NCBI GenBank assembly: GCA_035649575.1
Contig: DASRJH010000031.1
Location: 2,746 to 66,745, forward strand
From: Planctomycetota bacterium
GTDB taxonomy: Bacteria; Planctomycetota; UBA1135; UBA2386
DNA length: 64,000 nt
Direction of reading: 5' to 3'
Shown: positions 48,476 through 57,378 of the stretch, one piece after another
How the letters are laid out: each line of letters opens with the position of its first letter
Numbering within the stretch: position 1 is the first letter of the stretch
Translations under genes and position numbers: made by a program
Notes under the pieces: generated by a model
What the model was told of the DNA's origin: nothing
What the model saw: only the letters and a program-made list of their open reading frames with translations
Databases searched by the model: none

Positions 48476-50836
48476 ATGCAACAATCGAAATCGCCGCACC
48501 TGTTCGTCCGTGCCCGCCTCCTTCCCTGGTTGTTCGCCGCCGCGATGTCCGCGGGACTGTGCGCCCAGACCGATGACCAGATCCTCGCCATCCTGCAGCA
48601 GGCAGAAGCGGCACCGGTCGCGCAGATCTACGAGTTCGGCAGCCAGGTGGCCGAGCTCTCTCCCGACGCCAACACGGATGCCTTCCGGGACACCGTGATC
48701 CGCGTCGCGAGGAAGAGCGGCACCGACAAGGCCCGACTGTGCGCCGCCGTGGCGATCAAGTCCATCAGGCAAGACGACGTCTACGGCAAGGACGTGCTCG
48801 AGCTGCTGAAGCCGGTCGCCACCGCCAAGACGACTGCCGAGGACGTGCGCGCGGGCGTCATGACGGTGTTCGGTGAGCAGCGCCTCTTCAACACCCGCAT
48901 CACTCCCGACGTGCGCACCATCGTCGAAGCGAACTGCAAGGACGAGCTCACAGCCCCACTCGTGCGCATCGAAGCGGCCTTGGCGCTCTGGAACATCGGC
49001 AGCAACGAGCAGATGGCAACGGCCAAGCAGGTGCTCGAGCAGTTCCTGCAGTCGAGCGACCACGAGCTCAAGGTGCGCGGCGCTCTCGCGCTAGCCGAGT
49101 TCAACATCGAGGGCGGCCCGGCCTGGAACGTCCTGCGCGAGATCCGCGACCAGCCGACCGACGCGGGCCGCAGGGCGCGTCTCTTCCTGCAGCGCGGCGA
49201 GGAGCGCCGCAAGTTCGCCGACTTGCTCAACCGCGTGATCGAACGCAACGAGAGCGGCGATGCAGATCCGGCCGATGCCAACTCCTATGCAGTCCTGAGC
49301 GAGCTGCGCCGCCGCATCAAGACACAGTACTTCAACGGCAGCGAAGTCACGGACGAGGAACTCATCCAGTTCGCGGCGAAGGGCATGCTCGAGGGCCTCG
49401 ACCCGCACAGCACGTATTTCACGGGTGACGAGTACAAGCGCTTCTTCTTCGATCTCCACCGCGAGTACGGCGGCATCGGCGCATTCGTCAACTTCGACCA
49501 GGACAACGACTTCTCGATCGTGCGCCCGATCTACTCGGGGCCTGCCTACAAAGCCAGCATGCGCAGCGGCGACAAGATCCTCGAGGTCGACGGCTGGGAG
49601 ACCGCGCAACACACCACCGACGAGATCATCAGCCGCCTCAAGGGCCGCCCCGGGACCCCGGTCGTGCTCAAGTTCTTCCGGCCGGGCTTCCAGGAGCCCC
49701 AGGACATCACGATCGTGCGACAGCAGATCTCGGTGCCGGCCGTCAACTGGGCCATGGTGCCGGGCGACATCGGCTACGTCGAGCTGATCAACTTCAGCGC
49801 CAACCTGACGACGGAACTGCGCACCGCGTTGTCCGATCTGCAGCGCAAGGGTGCGCTGGGCATCGTGCTCGACGTGCGCAACAACACGGGCGGCCTGCTG
49901 ATGCAGGCCAGCGACGTGGTCGAGCAATTCCTCGAGGGCAAGAAGCTCGTCGTCTTCACGCAGGGCCCCTCCGAGCCGCGGCGCGACTACTTCACGTCGT
50001 CGACGCCGCGCGAGGTCTGCACCTTGCCGCTTTGTGTGCTGACGAACAACCTGTCGGCATCGGCCAGCGAGATCACGGCCGGCGCCCTGCAGGAGCACCA
50101 GCGCGCGGTCATCGTCGGCCAGCGAACGTTCGGCAAGGGCACCGTGCAGAACCTCTTCCCGCTCTCGACGGAGCCCGAGGAGAAGTTCGAGGACCTCAAC
50201 AACGACCGCGTCTGGCAGGAGGGCGAGCCGTACACTGACCGCAACAAGAACGGCAAGTACGACTTCGGCGCGCACATGAAGCTCACCGTCGCGAAGTACT
50301 ACTTCCCGGTGAGCCTGCGCAGCCCTCACCGCGAGTTCAACAAGGAAGGGCGCATCGCCGATCCCAACTGGGGAGTGACACCCGACCGCATCGTCGACCT
50401 GCTCGAGCACAAGCCCGAAGACGCTTGGAAGAACGCCGCTGTCTACGCGCTGCTCAAGAAGAGTGTGTTCCGCGAATACGTGAAGAATCACATGTCCGCG
50501 AACGAGGCGCTGTTCCGCCAGCTCGCAGATGGCGACGACGGGAACCCGTCGAAGTACCCGGATTTCGCGAGCTTCTACCAGGGCCTGAACACGAAGCTGA
50601 GCGAGGACGACGTGCGGCGCTGGGTGCGCTACGAAGTGCGCGACCAGGTCAGCGACCTGCGCGGTGCCGTGTATCCGGGTCTGCGCGCGCTCGGCGATCC
50701 GCAGGAGGACGCCCAACTGCAGGAGGCCGTGCGCACGCTGCTCAAGCAGACGGGCAAGGACATCCGCGACATCGCCGCCTACAAGAACGTGCTCAAGATC
50801 AAGTTCGACGACGCGCAACGCACGTCGGCGAAGTAG
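48476..50836 (+). CDS. S41-family carboxy-terminal processing peptidase with a PDZ domain and an N-terminal helical-repeat region
   Basis: ATG 48476 (MQQSKSPHLFVRARLLPWLFAAAMSAGLCAQ signal). PDZ GGIGAFVNF..IYSGPAYKASMRSGDKILEVDG. Catalytic region LDVRNNTGGLL and LTNNLSASASEITAGALQEHQRAVIVGQRTFGKGTVQ. Confidence 0.85.
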   Translation: MQQSKSPHLFVRARLLPWLFAAAMSAGLCAQTDDQILAILQQAEAAPVAQIYEFGSQVAELSPDANTDAFRDTVIRVARKSGTDKARLCAAVAIKSIRQDDVYGKDVLELLKPVATAKTTAEDVRAGVMTVFGEQRLFNTRITPDVRTIVEANCKDELTAPLVRIEAALALWNIGSNEQMATAKQVLEQFLQSSDHELKVRGALALAEFNIEGGPAWNVLREIRDQPTDAGRRARLFLQRGEERRKFADLLNRVIERNESGDADPADANSYAVLSELRRRIKTQYFNGSEVTDEELIQFAAKGMLEGLDPHSTYFTGDEYKRFFFDLHREYGGIGAFVNFDQDNDFSIVRPIYSGPAYKASMRSGDKILEVDGWETAQHTTDEIISRLKGRPGTPVVLKFFRPGFQEPQDITIVRQQISVPAVNWAMVPGDIGYVELINFSANLTTELRTALSDLQRKGALGIVLDVRNNTGGLLMQASDVVEQFLEGKKLVVFTQGPSEPRRDYFTSSTPREVCTLPLCVLTNNLSASASEITAGALQEHQRAVIVGQRTFGKGTVQNLFPLSTEPEEKFEDLNNDRVWQEGEPYTDRNKNGKYDFGAHMKLTVAKYYFPVSLRSPHREFNKEGRIADPNWGVTPDRIVDLLEHKPEDAWKNAAVYALLKKSVFREYVKNHMSANEALFRQLADGDDGNPSKYPDFASFYQGLNTKLSEDDVRRWVRYEVRDQVSDLRGAVYPGLRALGDPQEDAQLQEAVRTLLKQTGKDIRDIAAYKNVLKIKFDDAQRTSAK

Positions 50837-50901
50837 TAGCGCACCAGAAACGCCGCCGCGGGGCTCATTGCCTGTTTCGGTGCGGTCTGTCCCCGCCCAG
50901 C

Positions 50902-52263
50902 CTAGAGCCCGAGCGTGAGGCGGGCGCCGCGGCTCATCGCGAGGCCTTGCAACGGCGGCAGCGGAGCACCTTGCGAGTCGTCGATGAGCCACTGGCAGAA
51001 CAACTGCCCACCCGCGAGCGACGGCACGTTAGGAATCGGCAGGGACTCGATGCGCACGCCGAGCGGCGAGGTCACGCTGAGCCACACGGGCAGACCGGTC
51101 GACGGGTCGACGAGCAACGTGCAGGCGCCGACGATCGGCAGCTGCGCAGCCGCGCCCGAGAACCACAGCGCCGCGATCGACTGCGGCGCCGCGGACTCGA
51201 CGCCGATCCGGAAGTTCAGGTTGCCGAGCGTGGGCAGGCCATTGCTGCGCATGACCGGAACCCCCGAAGTCCCGCTGCAGCCGGCCCCATAGATCGTGAA
51301 CGACGCGGTGGTCCCGCCGCCAAGATACCACGGCACCGTGAGGTTGTTCGTGGTGAAGAACTGCTGCAGCAGGTTCGCGACCTTGGCGCGACCCGAGGGG
51401 CTCGGGTGCGTGCCATCGGGTTGCACGTCGGCGCAGAGCCAGACGAGGCCATCGCTGCGCGGCGTGGTGCCATCGGTCCACAGGTAGGGACCCCAACCGA
51501 GCCAGGGTGCCAGCACGGTCCCTTGCTGCGGATCGCAGTTGAGCTGCGGATCGCCGTTGATCTGCTGCTCGATGAGCCACTTCACTGCGAAGCCGGACTC
51601 GTAGGCGTAGGGCTCGGGGTTGAGGCTCGTGGTCGCATAGCCTGCGTAGGTGCGGCTGCTGCAGAAACAGAGCTGCACGTTCGGGTAGCGCGCACGGATG
51701 TTGCGCGCGATCTGGGCCAGCAGGCCCTGCAGCTGCGTCGAAGCACCAGGGAACCCGCCCGTGACGCCGGCGATCGCTTCCTTGAGCCACACGACCTGCA
51801 CCTGCTGCGGCGTCACGCCCGCGTTGGCGAGGCGTTGGTCGACCACGGTCCAGAAGTTCGCATTGGGGTTCGCGACGATGACCGCATCCTGACCCCCCTG
51901 CGCGCCGTCGACGATCGTCACCGCGGGGTTCTTGTTGGGGTCGCCATTCGCGGTCACGATCCAGGTCGAGTACTCCTGCGTCGTGTTCGACATGCCGATC
52001 GACAGCAGCACGATGCGGCCACCGACAGCAGGAAGGCCAGCGGCATCGCGCGGCACGACGAGCGAACGCGCGGTGACGCCCAGCGCCTGATGCGCGGGCG
52101 GCGGCGTGTTCGCGCCATTGCCATAGAGACCCCCAGTGAGACCCTGATACGTACCGATGCCGAGGTCCATCAGCGGCACGGCCCCGATCGACGTGTTGTT
52201 GCAGTTCTGCGCGGGAACGCTCACGGCGGTGACGAGCACGGCCGACAACCAGGTAGTGTTCAT
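50902..52263 (-). CDS. Secreted SGNH/GDSL-like esterase-fold protein (tentative) with the same conserved C-terminal module
   Basis: ATG 52263 (MNTTWLSAVLVTAVSVPAQ signal). IVLLSIGMSNT is block-I-like and DVQPDGTHPS is DxxH block-V-like. The C-terminal module starts GAGC at 51288. Confidence 0.6.
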   Translation of the reverse strand: MNTTWLSAVLVTAVSVPAQNCNNTSIGAVPLMDLGIGTYQGLTGGLYGNGANTPPPAHQALGVTARSLVVPRDAAGLPAVGGRIVLLSIGMSNTTQEYSTWIVTANGDPNKNPAVTIVDGAQGGQDAVIVANPNANFWTVVDQRLANAGVTPQQVQVVWLKEAIAGVTGGFPGASTQLQGLLAQIARNIRARYPNVQLCFCSSRTYAGYATTSLNPEPYAYESGFAVKWLIEQQINGDPQLNCDPQQGTVLAPWLGWGPYLWTDGTTPRSDGLVWLCADVQPDGTHPSPSGRAKVANLLQQFFTTNNLTVPWYLGGGTTASFTIYGAGCSGTSGVPVMRSNGLPTLGNLNFRIGVESAAPQSIAALWFSGAAAQLPIVGACTLLVDPSTGLPVWLSVTSPLGVRIESLPIPNVPSLAGGQLFCQWLIDDSQGAPLPPLQGLAMSRGARLTLGL

Positions 52264-52328
52264 GGGCTCAGCGACCAGCGGGTGGCAGGCAGGCAAGAGC
52301 TTACCGCGCCCAGCCACCAACCGCGGGG

Positions 52329-52960
52329 TCAGACGTAGGACGGATACGTGGCGTCGTACATCTGGGCTCGCACCGCGCTCTCGATGTCGTCTGGCCGCGG
52401 CACCGTGGCCAGGCCCTCTTCGTAGGCGACCGTCGCCACGGCCGCGGCGATGCGCGTCGACACGTGGCGCAGCTCCGACAGCGGTGGGAACAGCAGTCCC
52501 TGCTCGAGCGACGACTCTTCGACGAGCCCCGCGAGCGTGCGGGCCGCCGCATGGAACATCGCATCGGTGATGGACCGCGCACCGGCGACGATCGCGCCGA
52601 GGCCGAGGCCCGGGAAGACGTAGGCGTTGTTGCACTGGCCCGGCACGAACCTGCGACCATCCAACTCGACCGGCGCGAACGGGCTGCCGCTCGTGAACAC
52701 CGCGGTGCCGTTCGACCATCGACAGGCCTGCTCCGCCGGTGCTCGTTCCGGTCCTGCAGGCTCACGAGATAGATGCACTGCTCGATCGCGCTCGTCTTCT
52801 GGCGGAAGCTCTCGAGCACGCGCGCCATTTGTTCCTGCTGCGTCAGCACGCGCGGCGGCAGCAGCCCGTGCAGCCCGAGCGCGTCGCGTTCGGCTGCGGT
52901 GAATGCGGTCCCTTTGTTGAGCCGAGGGTCGTGCAGGTAGTCGATCGGACGCAACGGCAT
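52329..52960 (-). pseudogene. NAD(P)-dependent malic enzyme remnant: N-terminal ~73 codons joined out of frame to the C-terminal ~135 codons
   Basis: N-terminal fragment MPLRPIDYLHDPRLNKGTAFTAAERDALGLHGLLPPRVLTQQEQMARVLESFRQ..LVSLQDRNE (52960-52742). A different frame then reads AEQACRWSNGTAVFTSGSPFAPVELDGRRFVPGQCNNAYVFPGLGLGAIV... to 52329. The whole central catalytic and NAD-binding region is missing. Confidence 0.75.
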
Positions 52961-53168
52961 TGGAGGCACGCTACCCCACCTGCCGTGGTTCCAGGAACAG
53001 ATGCGAGGCGTGGGCCATCCCCGCAGTACACGGTGTGGGACAGGCCCGGCCGACTTGTTACACGACGCCGGGGACCAAGGCCCCCTCGCGTGGAGGCGAA
53101 CACCAGGCCACAGCCGATACGTTTGTCCCCCGTCCATCGCGACCGGCCAACCGCATCCCGACCACGTC

Positions 53169-54749
53169 ATGCGCACCCAAACCCTGCTCGCCGCATCTTT
53201 CGCCCTTGCGGTCGGGGTCGCCCAATCACCCGCGCCCCAATCCCCGGCACCCCAGTCCCCGTCTCAATCACCGGCAACCCAGCCGACGTTCAACGAGCAC
53301 ATCGCCCCCCTCGTATGGAAGTCCTGCGCGGGCTGTCACCGGCCCGGTGAGGTCGCGCCGTTCTCGCTGCTGACCTACGCCGACGTCAAGAAGCGCGGCC
53401 GCAACGTGCTGACCGTCGTCGAGGACCGCTACATGCCCCCGTGGCACCCGGCCCCCGGCTACGGTTCGTTCCGCGACGATCCGCGTCTGTCCGACGAGCA
53501 GATCGGCACGCTGCGGGCCTGGGTCAAGGCCGGCATGCCCGAAGGTCCCCCCGAAAAGCTCGGCAAGCCACCCGCGTTCACCACGGGCTGGCAGCTCGGC
53601 GAACCCGATCTCGTCGTCAAGACGCTCGGCGCCTTCGAAGTGCCCGCGAGTGGGCGCGACATCTACCGCAACTTCGCGATCCCGCTCGGCCTGCCCGAGG
53701 ACAAGTACGTGACCGCCATCGAAGTTCGCCCCTCGGCGCGTTCGGTGCTGCATCACGTGCTGATCTTCCTCGACGAACAACGCGAGGCCCAGGAGCTCGA
53801 CGGCAAGGATGGCCGCGCCGGCTTCTCGGGCATGCGGTTGCAGCGATCCACCATGATCGGCGGCTGGGCCGTCGGTGGCATGCCGAGCCATCTGCCCGAG
53901 GGCCTCGCGATCAAGATCCCGAAGGGCAGCGACCTCGTGCTGCAGAGCCACCTGCATCCGTCGGGCAAGAAGGAGCAAGAGGCCACCGTGCTCGGCCTGC
54001 ACTTCGCGGACGAGCCGCCGAAGCGCACGCTCGTCAGCATCCAGCTGCCACCGTTCTTCGGCTTCACGCAGGGACTCGACATTCCTCCCGGCGAAGCCGA
54101 CTACCGGCTGCGCGACACCTTCACGCTGCCCTGCGACGTCGACGCCGTGAGCATCGGCGGCCACGCGCACATGGTGTGCAAGTCGCTGCAGATGATGGCA
54201 GAGCTGCCCGACGGCAAGACGACGCCGCTGCTCAAGATCGACCGCTGGGACTTCGACTGGCAGAACCGCTACACGTTCTCTTCGCTCGTTCGGTTGCCCA
54301 AGGACGCGCTGCTGCGCTCCGAGCTCGTCTACGACAACAGCAAGAACAACGAGAACAACCCCAACAAGCCGCCGAAGCGAGTGCGCTGGGGCCGCGAGAC
54401 GACCGACGAGATGGGCAGCATCACGCTGCTCGTCGTGCCCGCCGACGAGAAGGATCTCGAGGTCCTGCGCAGGGCCATCGCCAAGAAGAACACGGAGAAG
54501 ATTCCGGGTCTCAAGCAGGAGCAGATCGATGCCCAGTTCCAGAAATTCGACAAGAACCGCGACGGCAAGTTGACGAAGGACGAAGTGCCGCGGCTGGGTT
54601 TGTTCTTCGATCGGCTCGACAAGGACGGCGACGGGGCATTGTCGAAGGAGGAAGCCAGCGCGATCGGCGAGTTGCTGGGCGGGATCGGCGGCCTTGGTGG
54701 CCAACCCGGCGGCGGTACTGGCGGCGGCAACGGGAACGGCGGCAAGTGA
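53169..54749 (+). CDS. Secreted protein combining a CxxCH haem-c-type motif, a copper type II ascorbate-dependent-monooxygenase-like domain and two C-terminal EF-hands
   Basis: ATG 53169 (MRTQTLLAASFALAVGVAQS). IAPLVWKSCAGCHRPGEVAPFSLLTY. His-rich sites LHHVLIF, SHLHPSG and GGHAHMVCKSLQMM. EF-hand loops DKNRDGKLTKDE and DKDGDGALSKEE. Confidence 0.7.
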   Translation: MRTQTLLAASFALAVGVAQSPAPQSPAPQSPSQSPATQPTFNEHIAPLVWKSCAGCHRPGEVAPFSLLTYADVKKRGRNVLTVVEDRYMPPWHPAPGYGSFRDDPRLSDEQIGTLRAWVKAGMPEGPPEKLGKPPAFTTGWQLGEPDLVVKTLGAFEVPASGRDIYRNFAIPLGLPEDKYVTAIEVRPSARSVLHHVLIFLDEQREAQELDGKDGRAGFSGMRLQRSTMIGGWAVGGMPSHLPEGLAIKIPKGSDLVLQSHLHPSGKKEQEATVLGLHFADEPPKRTLVSIQLPPFFGFTQGLDIPPGEADYRLRDTFTLPCDVDAVSIGGHAHMVCKSLQMMAELPDGKTTPLLKIDRWDFDWQNRYTFSSLVRLPKDALLRSELVYDNSKNNENNPNKPPKRVRWGRETTDEMGSITLLVVPADEKDLEVLRRAIAKKNTEKIPGLKQEQIDAQFQKFDKNRDGKLTKDEVPRLGLFFDRLDKDGDGALSKEEASAIGELLGGIGGLGGQPGGGTGGGNGNGGK

Positions 54750-55312
54750 ATCGGACGGGCCTCGCCAGCACGGCGTGGCTCGCGTTGCTCACCGCGAGCT
54801 GCGCTACCGCGCGCGTGCAACTGCAGGACCTCGACGGGGTCGCGCACGAACCGCTCGCAGTCAGGAATGGCGCGGTGCACGTCCTGCTGTTCACGAGCCA
54901 CGAGTGCCCGATCGCGAACAGCTACGCGCCGACGCTGCGCGAGCTGGCCTCGAGCTGGAGCGGGACCGCGGTGCGGCTCTTCGTGGTCCATGTCGACCCG
55001 GACCTGACGGTCGCGGCGGCGCGCTCGCATGCGCGCGACTACGAGCTGCCCGGTGCGATCCTGTTGGACCCACACCAGCAGCTCGCGCGTGCCGTCGGCG
55101 CCACGAAGACCCCCGAAGCCGTCGTGCTCACCCAATCGGCCCAGGTCTACCGCGGCCGCATCGACGATCAGTGGAGTTCCCTCGGCTCGCGTGCGCAGGC
55201 CGCAACCAGCCACGATCTGCGCGATGCCGTCGCAGCAGCTCTCGCGGGGCGGGCCGTGGCCGCAACGTCGACCCCTGTGGTCGGTTGCCTCATGCCCGAA
55301 GCGCGCGAGTGA
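54746..55312 (+). CDS. Thioredoxin-fold (redoxin/AhpC-TSA-like) protein
   Basis: GTG 54746 overlaps the upstream TGA (GTGA). Signal-like TAWLALLTASCA. VLLFTSHECPIANSYAP and KTPEAVVL..VYRGRIDD follow the thioredoxin-fold pattern. Confidence 0.7.
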   Translation: MNRTGLASTAWLALLTASCATARVQLQDLDGVAHEPLAVRNGAVHVLLFTSHECPIANSYAPTLRELASSWSGTAVRLFVVHVDPDLTVAAARSHARDYELPGAILLDPHQQLARAVGATKTPEAVVLTQSAQVYRGRIDDQWSSLGSRAQAATSHDLRDAVAAALAGRAVAATSTPVVGCLMPEARE

Positions 55313-55327
55313 ACGGATAGCCTCGGG

Positions 55328-55648
55328 TTGACCGGTTCGATACCGTGGTGCCGAATGTCCGTTCTCAACCCAACACCGCCCGACCTGCTCGTCGATGCCG
55401 CAGGGCGCCCCTACTTCCTCTGGGACGTGGATATGACCCTCGTGCAGTTCGAGGCGCTGCTGCGCACGAGCGATCGGCTGACGAAGGCCTACCTGGTCGG
55501 CAAATTGATGCGGCAAGCGAAGCCCGACGACGTCTTCACTTTCGTCAGTGAAGCCGAGATCCGCGAACTGTGGCACGACGTGGTTCCCTACCTTGGCCGA
55601 TCGCGTTCGCTCTGGGAATGGCTGCTCGAGGCTTGGGAGAAGCGGTAG
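55328..55648 (+). CDS. Small protein upstream of the AbiEii-type nucleotidyltransferase; putative cognate antitoxin or partner
   Basis: PYFLWDVDMTLVQFEALL...DDVFTFVSEAEIRELW...SLWEWLL resembles the FWDVD...W..LL module I recall upstream of AbiEii genes. It ends 2 nt before the next ATG. The true start may be ATG 55355. Confidence 0.55.
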   Translation: MTGSIPWCRMSVLNPTPPDLLVDAAGRPYFLWDVDMTLVQFEALLRTSDRLTKAYLVGKLMRQAKPDDVFTFVSEAEIRELWHDVVPYLGRSRSLWEWLLEAWEKR

Positions 55649-55650
55649 CG

Positions 55651-56307
55651 ATGTTGGGTCGACTCACCGACCTCCAGGCGAGGATCCTCGTCGCATTGGC
55701 ACCCGTGCAGCCGCGTTGGACACTGACCGGCGGGGCCGCTCTCGCAGGCTTCCATCTCCAGCATCGGACCACCCGAGATCTCGACTTGTTCTGGCACGGA
55801 CTCGCCGTCTTCGGTCCCGAACCGGAGCAATGCATCGATCACCTGGAGCGAGAGGGCCTCACGGTGAACGTCCTGCAGCGAACGACAGGCTTCGTGCGCC
55901 TGCGCGCCGAACTCCATGGGGAAGCTGCCGTCGTCGACCTCGTAGCCGAACCGGTGCCCAACATCGAGCGACCCCAGCAGGTCACGGCGGGTGGTGCCAT
56001 GATCCAGGTCGACAGCCTGTACGAAATCCTCGTCAACAAGCTCGGTACCCTGTTGCATCGCGCCGAGGTTCGCGACCTCGTCGACTTGCGCGCGCTGCTC
56101 GATCGCGGCGGCGACCTCGGCCGCGCCCTGCGCGACGCGAACAAGAAGGATAGCGGCTTCTCGCCAATCATGCTCGGCCACTTGCTGCATGGCTTCCCAC
56201 TCGAGCGCCAGGCAAAGATCGCCGGGCTCGACGCCGCGACCACTGCCGCCTTGGATCGGTTCCGCGTCGACCTGGCGGCGCGCATCGCGAAGGTGACCCA
56301 ACCGTAG
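55651..56307 (+). CDS. Nucleotidyltransferase, AbiEii/AbiGii toxin family (DUF1814-like)
   Basis: ATG 55651 (MLGRLTDLQARILVAL). WTLTGGAALAGFHLQHRTTRDLDLFW matches the GGTAL....R.S.DlDlf nucleotidyltransferase signature. EILVNKLGTLLHRAEVRDLVDL. Confidence 0.8.
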   Translation: MLGRLTDLQARILVALAPVQPRWTLTGGAALAGFHLQHRTTRDLDLFWHGLAVFGPEPEQCIDHLEREGLTVNVLQRTTGFVRLRAELHGEAAVVDLVAEPVPNIERPQQVTAGGAMIQVDSLYEILVNKLGTLLHRAEVRDLVDLRALLDRGGDLGRALRDANKKDSGFSPIMLGHLLHGFPLERQAKIAGLDAATTAALDRFRVDLAARIAKVTQP

Positions 56308-56432
56308 TCGCAGCTCACCTCGGAGGCACGAGACGTCGCGGGCCTGACACGTGCTTGCCGTGCTCCGCTGGCCAGATCCCCTGACGGTTCTCGGTTGTTG
56401 GGCCCACACCCAGGCTGCAAACTGCACGGCCC

Positions 56433-57365
56433 GTGCAGCAACGTCCTCTCGGCACCACTGGTCTCCGGGTCTCCGCGCTCGGGCTCGGCGCCGCCAGTCT
56501 CGGCGGCGTCTACGGCGATGTCGACGAATCCGAGGCGATCCGCACCGTGCACCGCGCGTTCGAGCTCGGCGTCACGCTGTTCGACGCCTCGCCCTACTAC
56601 GGCAGCACGCGCGGCGAGACGGTGCTCGGCAAGGCGCTGCGATCCCTGCCGCGCGAGCGCTGCTTCCTGTCGACGAAGGCGGGTCGCTACGGCGTCGACG
56701 ACTTCGACTTCTCGCCAGCCCGCCTGCGTACGAGCCTCGACGAGAGCCTGAAGCGACTCGGCACGGATCACGTCGATCTGTTCCTGCTGCACGACGTCGA
56801 GTTCAGCGATCTCGACCGCACGCTGACGGAGGGACTGCCCGTGCTCGAGTCGATGAAGACGAGAGGCCTGGTGCGCTGCATCGGCTACAGCGGGTTGCCG
56901 CTCGCGATCTTCCGCCGCGGCCTCGCGCTGCCGGTGCCGTTCGACGTCGTACTGAGCTACAGCCACGCCACGCTGTTCGACACGACGCTGACGCAGCTCG
57001 TGCCATCGCTCGCGGCGCGTGGCATCGGCCTGATCAATGCGTCTCCGGGCGCGCTCGGTCTGTTGTCGAGCCATGGCCCGCAGCAGTGGCACCCGGCATC
57101 ACCGGCGATCCGCGCCGCGTGCAAGCGCGCGGCGGACTGGTGCAAGGCACGAGGCATCGAGATCGCAGAGCTCGCGCTGTCCTTCTCGTGTTCGTTGCCG
57201 GGACCCGCGGCCACGCTCTGTGGCACGGCCGATCCAGGCGAGCTCGAACGCAACGTGCGCGCGGCGAGCACGCCGCCCGATCCCGAGTTGACCGCGGCCG
57301 TGCGCTCGATGCTCGCGAGCATCCGCGACCAGACGTGGATCCAAGGCCGCCCCGAGAACCAGTGA
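56433..57365 (+). CDS. Aldo/keto reductase (aldose 1-dehydrogenase-type)
   Basis: MQQRPLGTTGLRVSALGLGAASLGG, FDASPYYG, GKAL, VDLFLLHD. Confidence 0.85.
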   Translation: MQQRPLGTTGLRVSALGLGAASLGGVYGDVDESEAIRTVHRAFELGVTLFDASPYYGSTRGETVLGKALRSLPRERCFLSTKAGRYGVDDFDFSPARLRTSLDESLKRLGTDHVDLFLLHDVEFSDLDRTLTEGLPVLESMKTRGLVRCIGYSGLPLAIFRRGLALPVPFDVVLSYSHATLFDTTLTQLVPSLAARGIGLINASPGALGLLSSHGPQQWHPASPAIRAACKRAADWCKARGIEIAELALSFSCSLPGPAATLCGTADPGELERNVRAASTPPDPELTAAVRSMLASIRDQTWIQGRPENQ

Positions 57366-57378
57366 GAGAGCCCCACCG

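Noticed and set aside
46723-48591. Single 622-aa minus ORF covering asd and upstream sequence
   Set aside because: The asd similarity starts at GTG 47718, which has a good AGGAG. The upstream portion overlaps moaC in a different frame and is junk-like.
50902-52719. Full 605-aa version of the esterase-like ORF
   Set aside because: The N-terminal ~150 residues are Arg-rich and overlap the malic-enzyme remnant. A clean signal peptide starts at the Met encoded at 52263.
52301-53176. 291-aa minus ORF treated as an intact gene
   Set aside because: Only residues encoded from 52960 to about 52742 look like a real protein, the malic enzyme N-terminus. The rest is out-of-frame read-through, and the matching C-terminal fragment is in another frame. 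It is therefore called a pseudogene.
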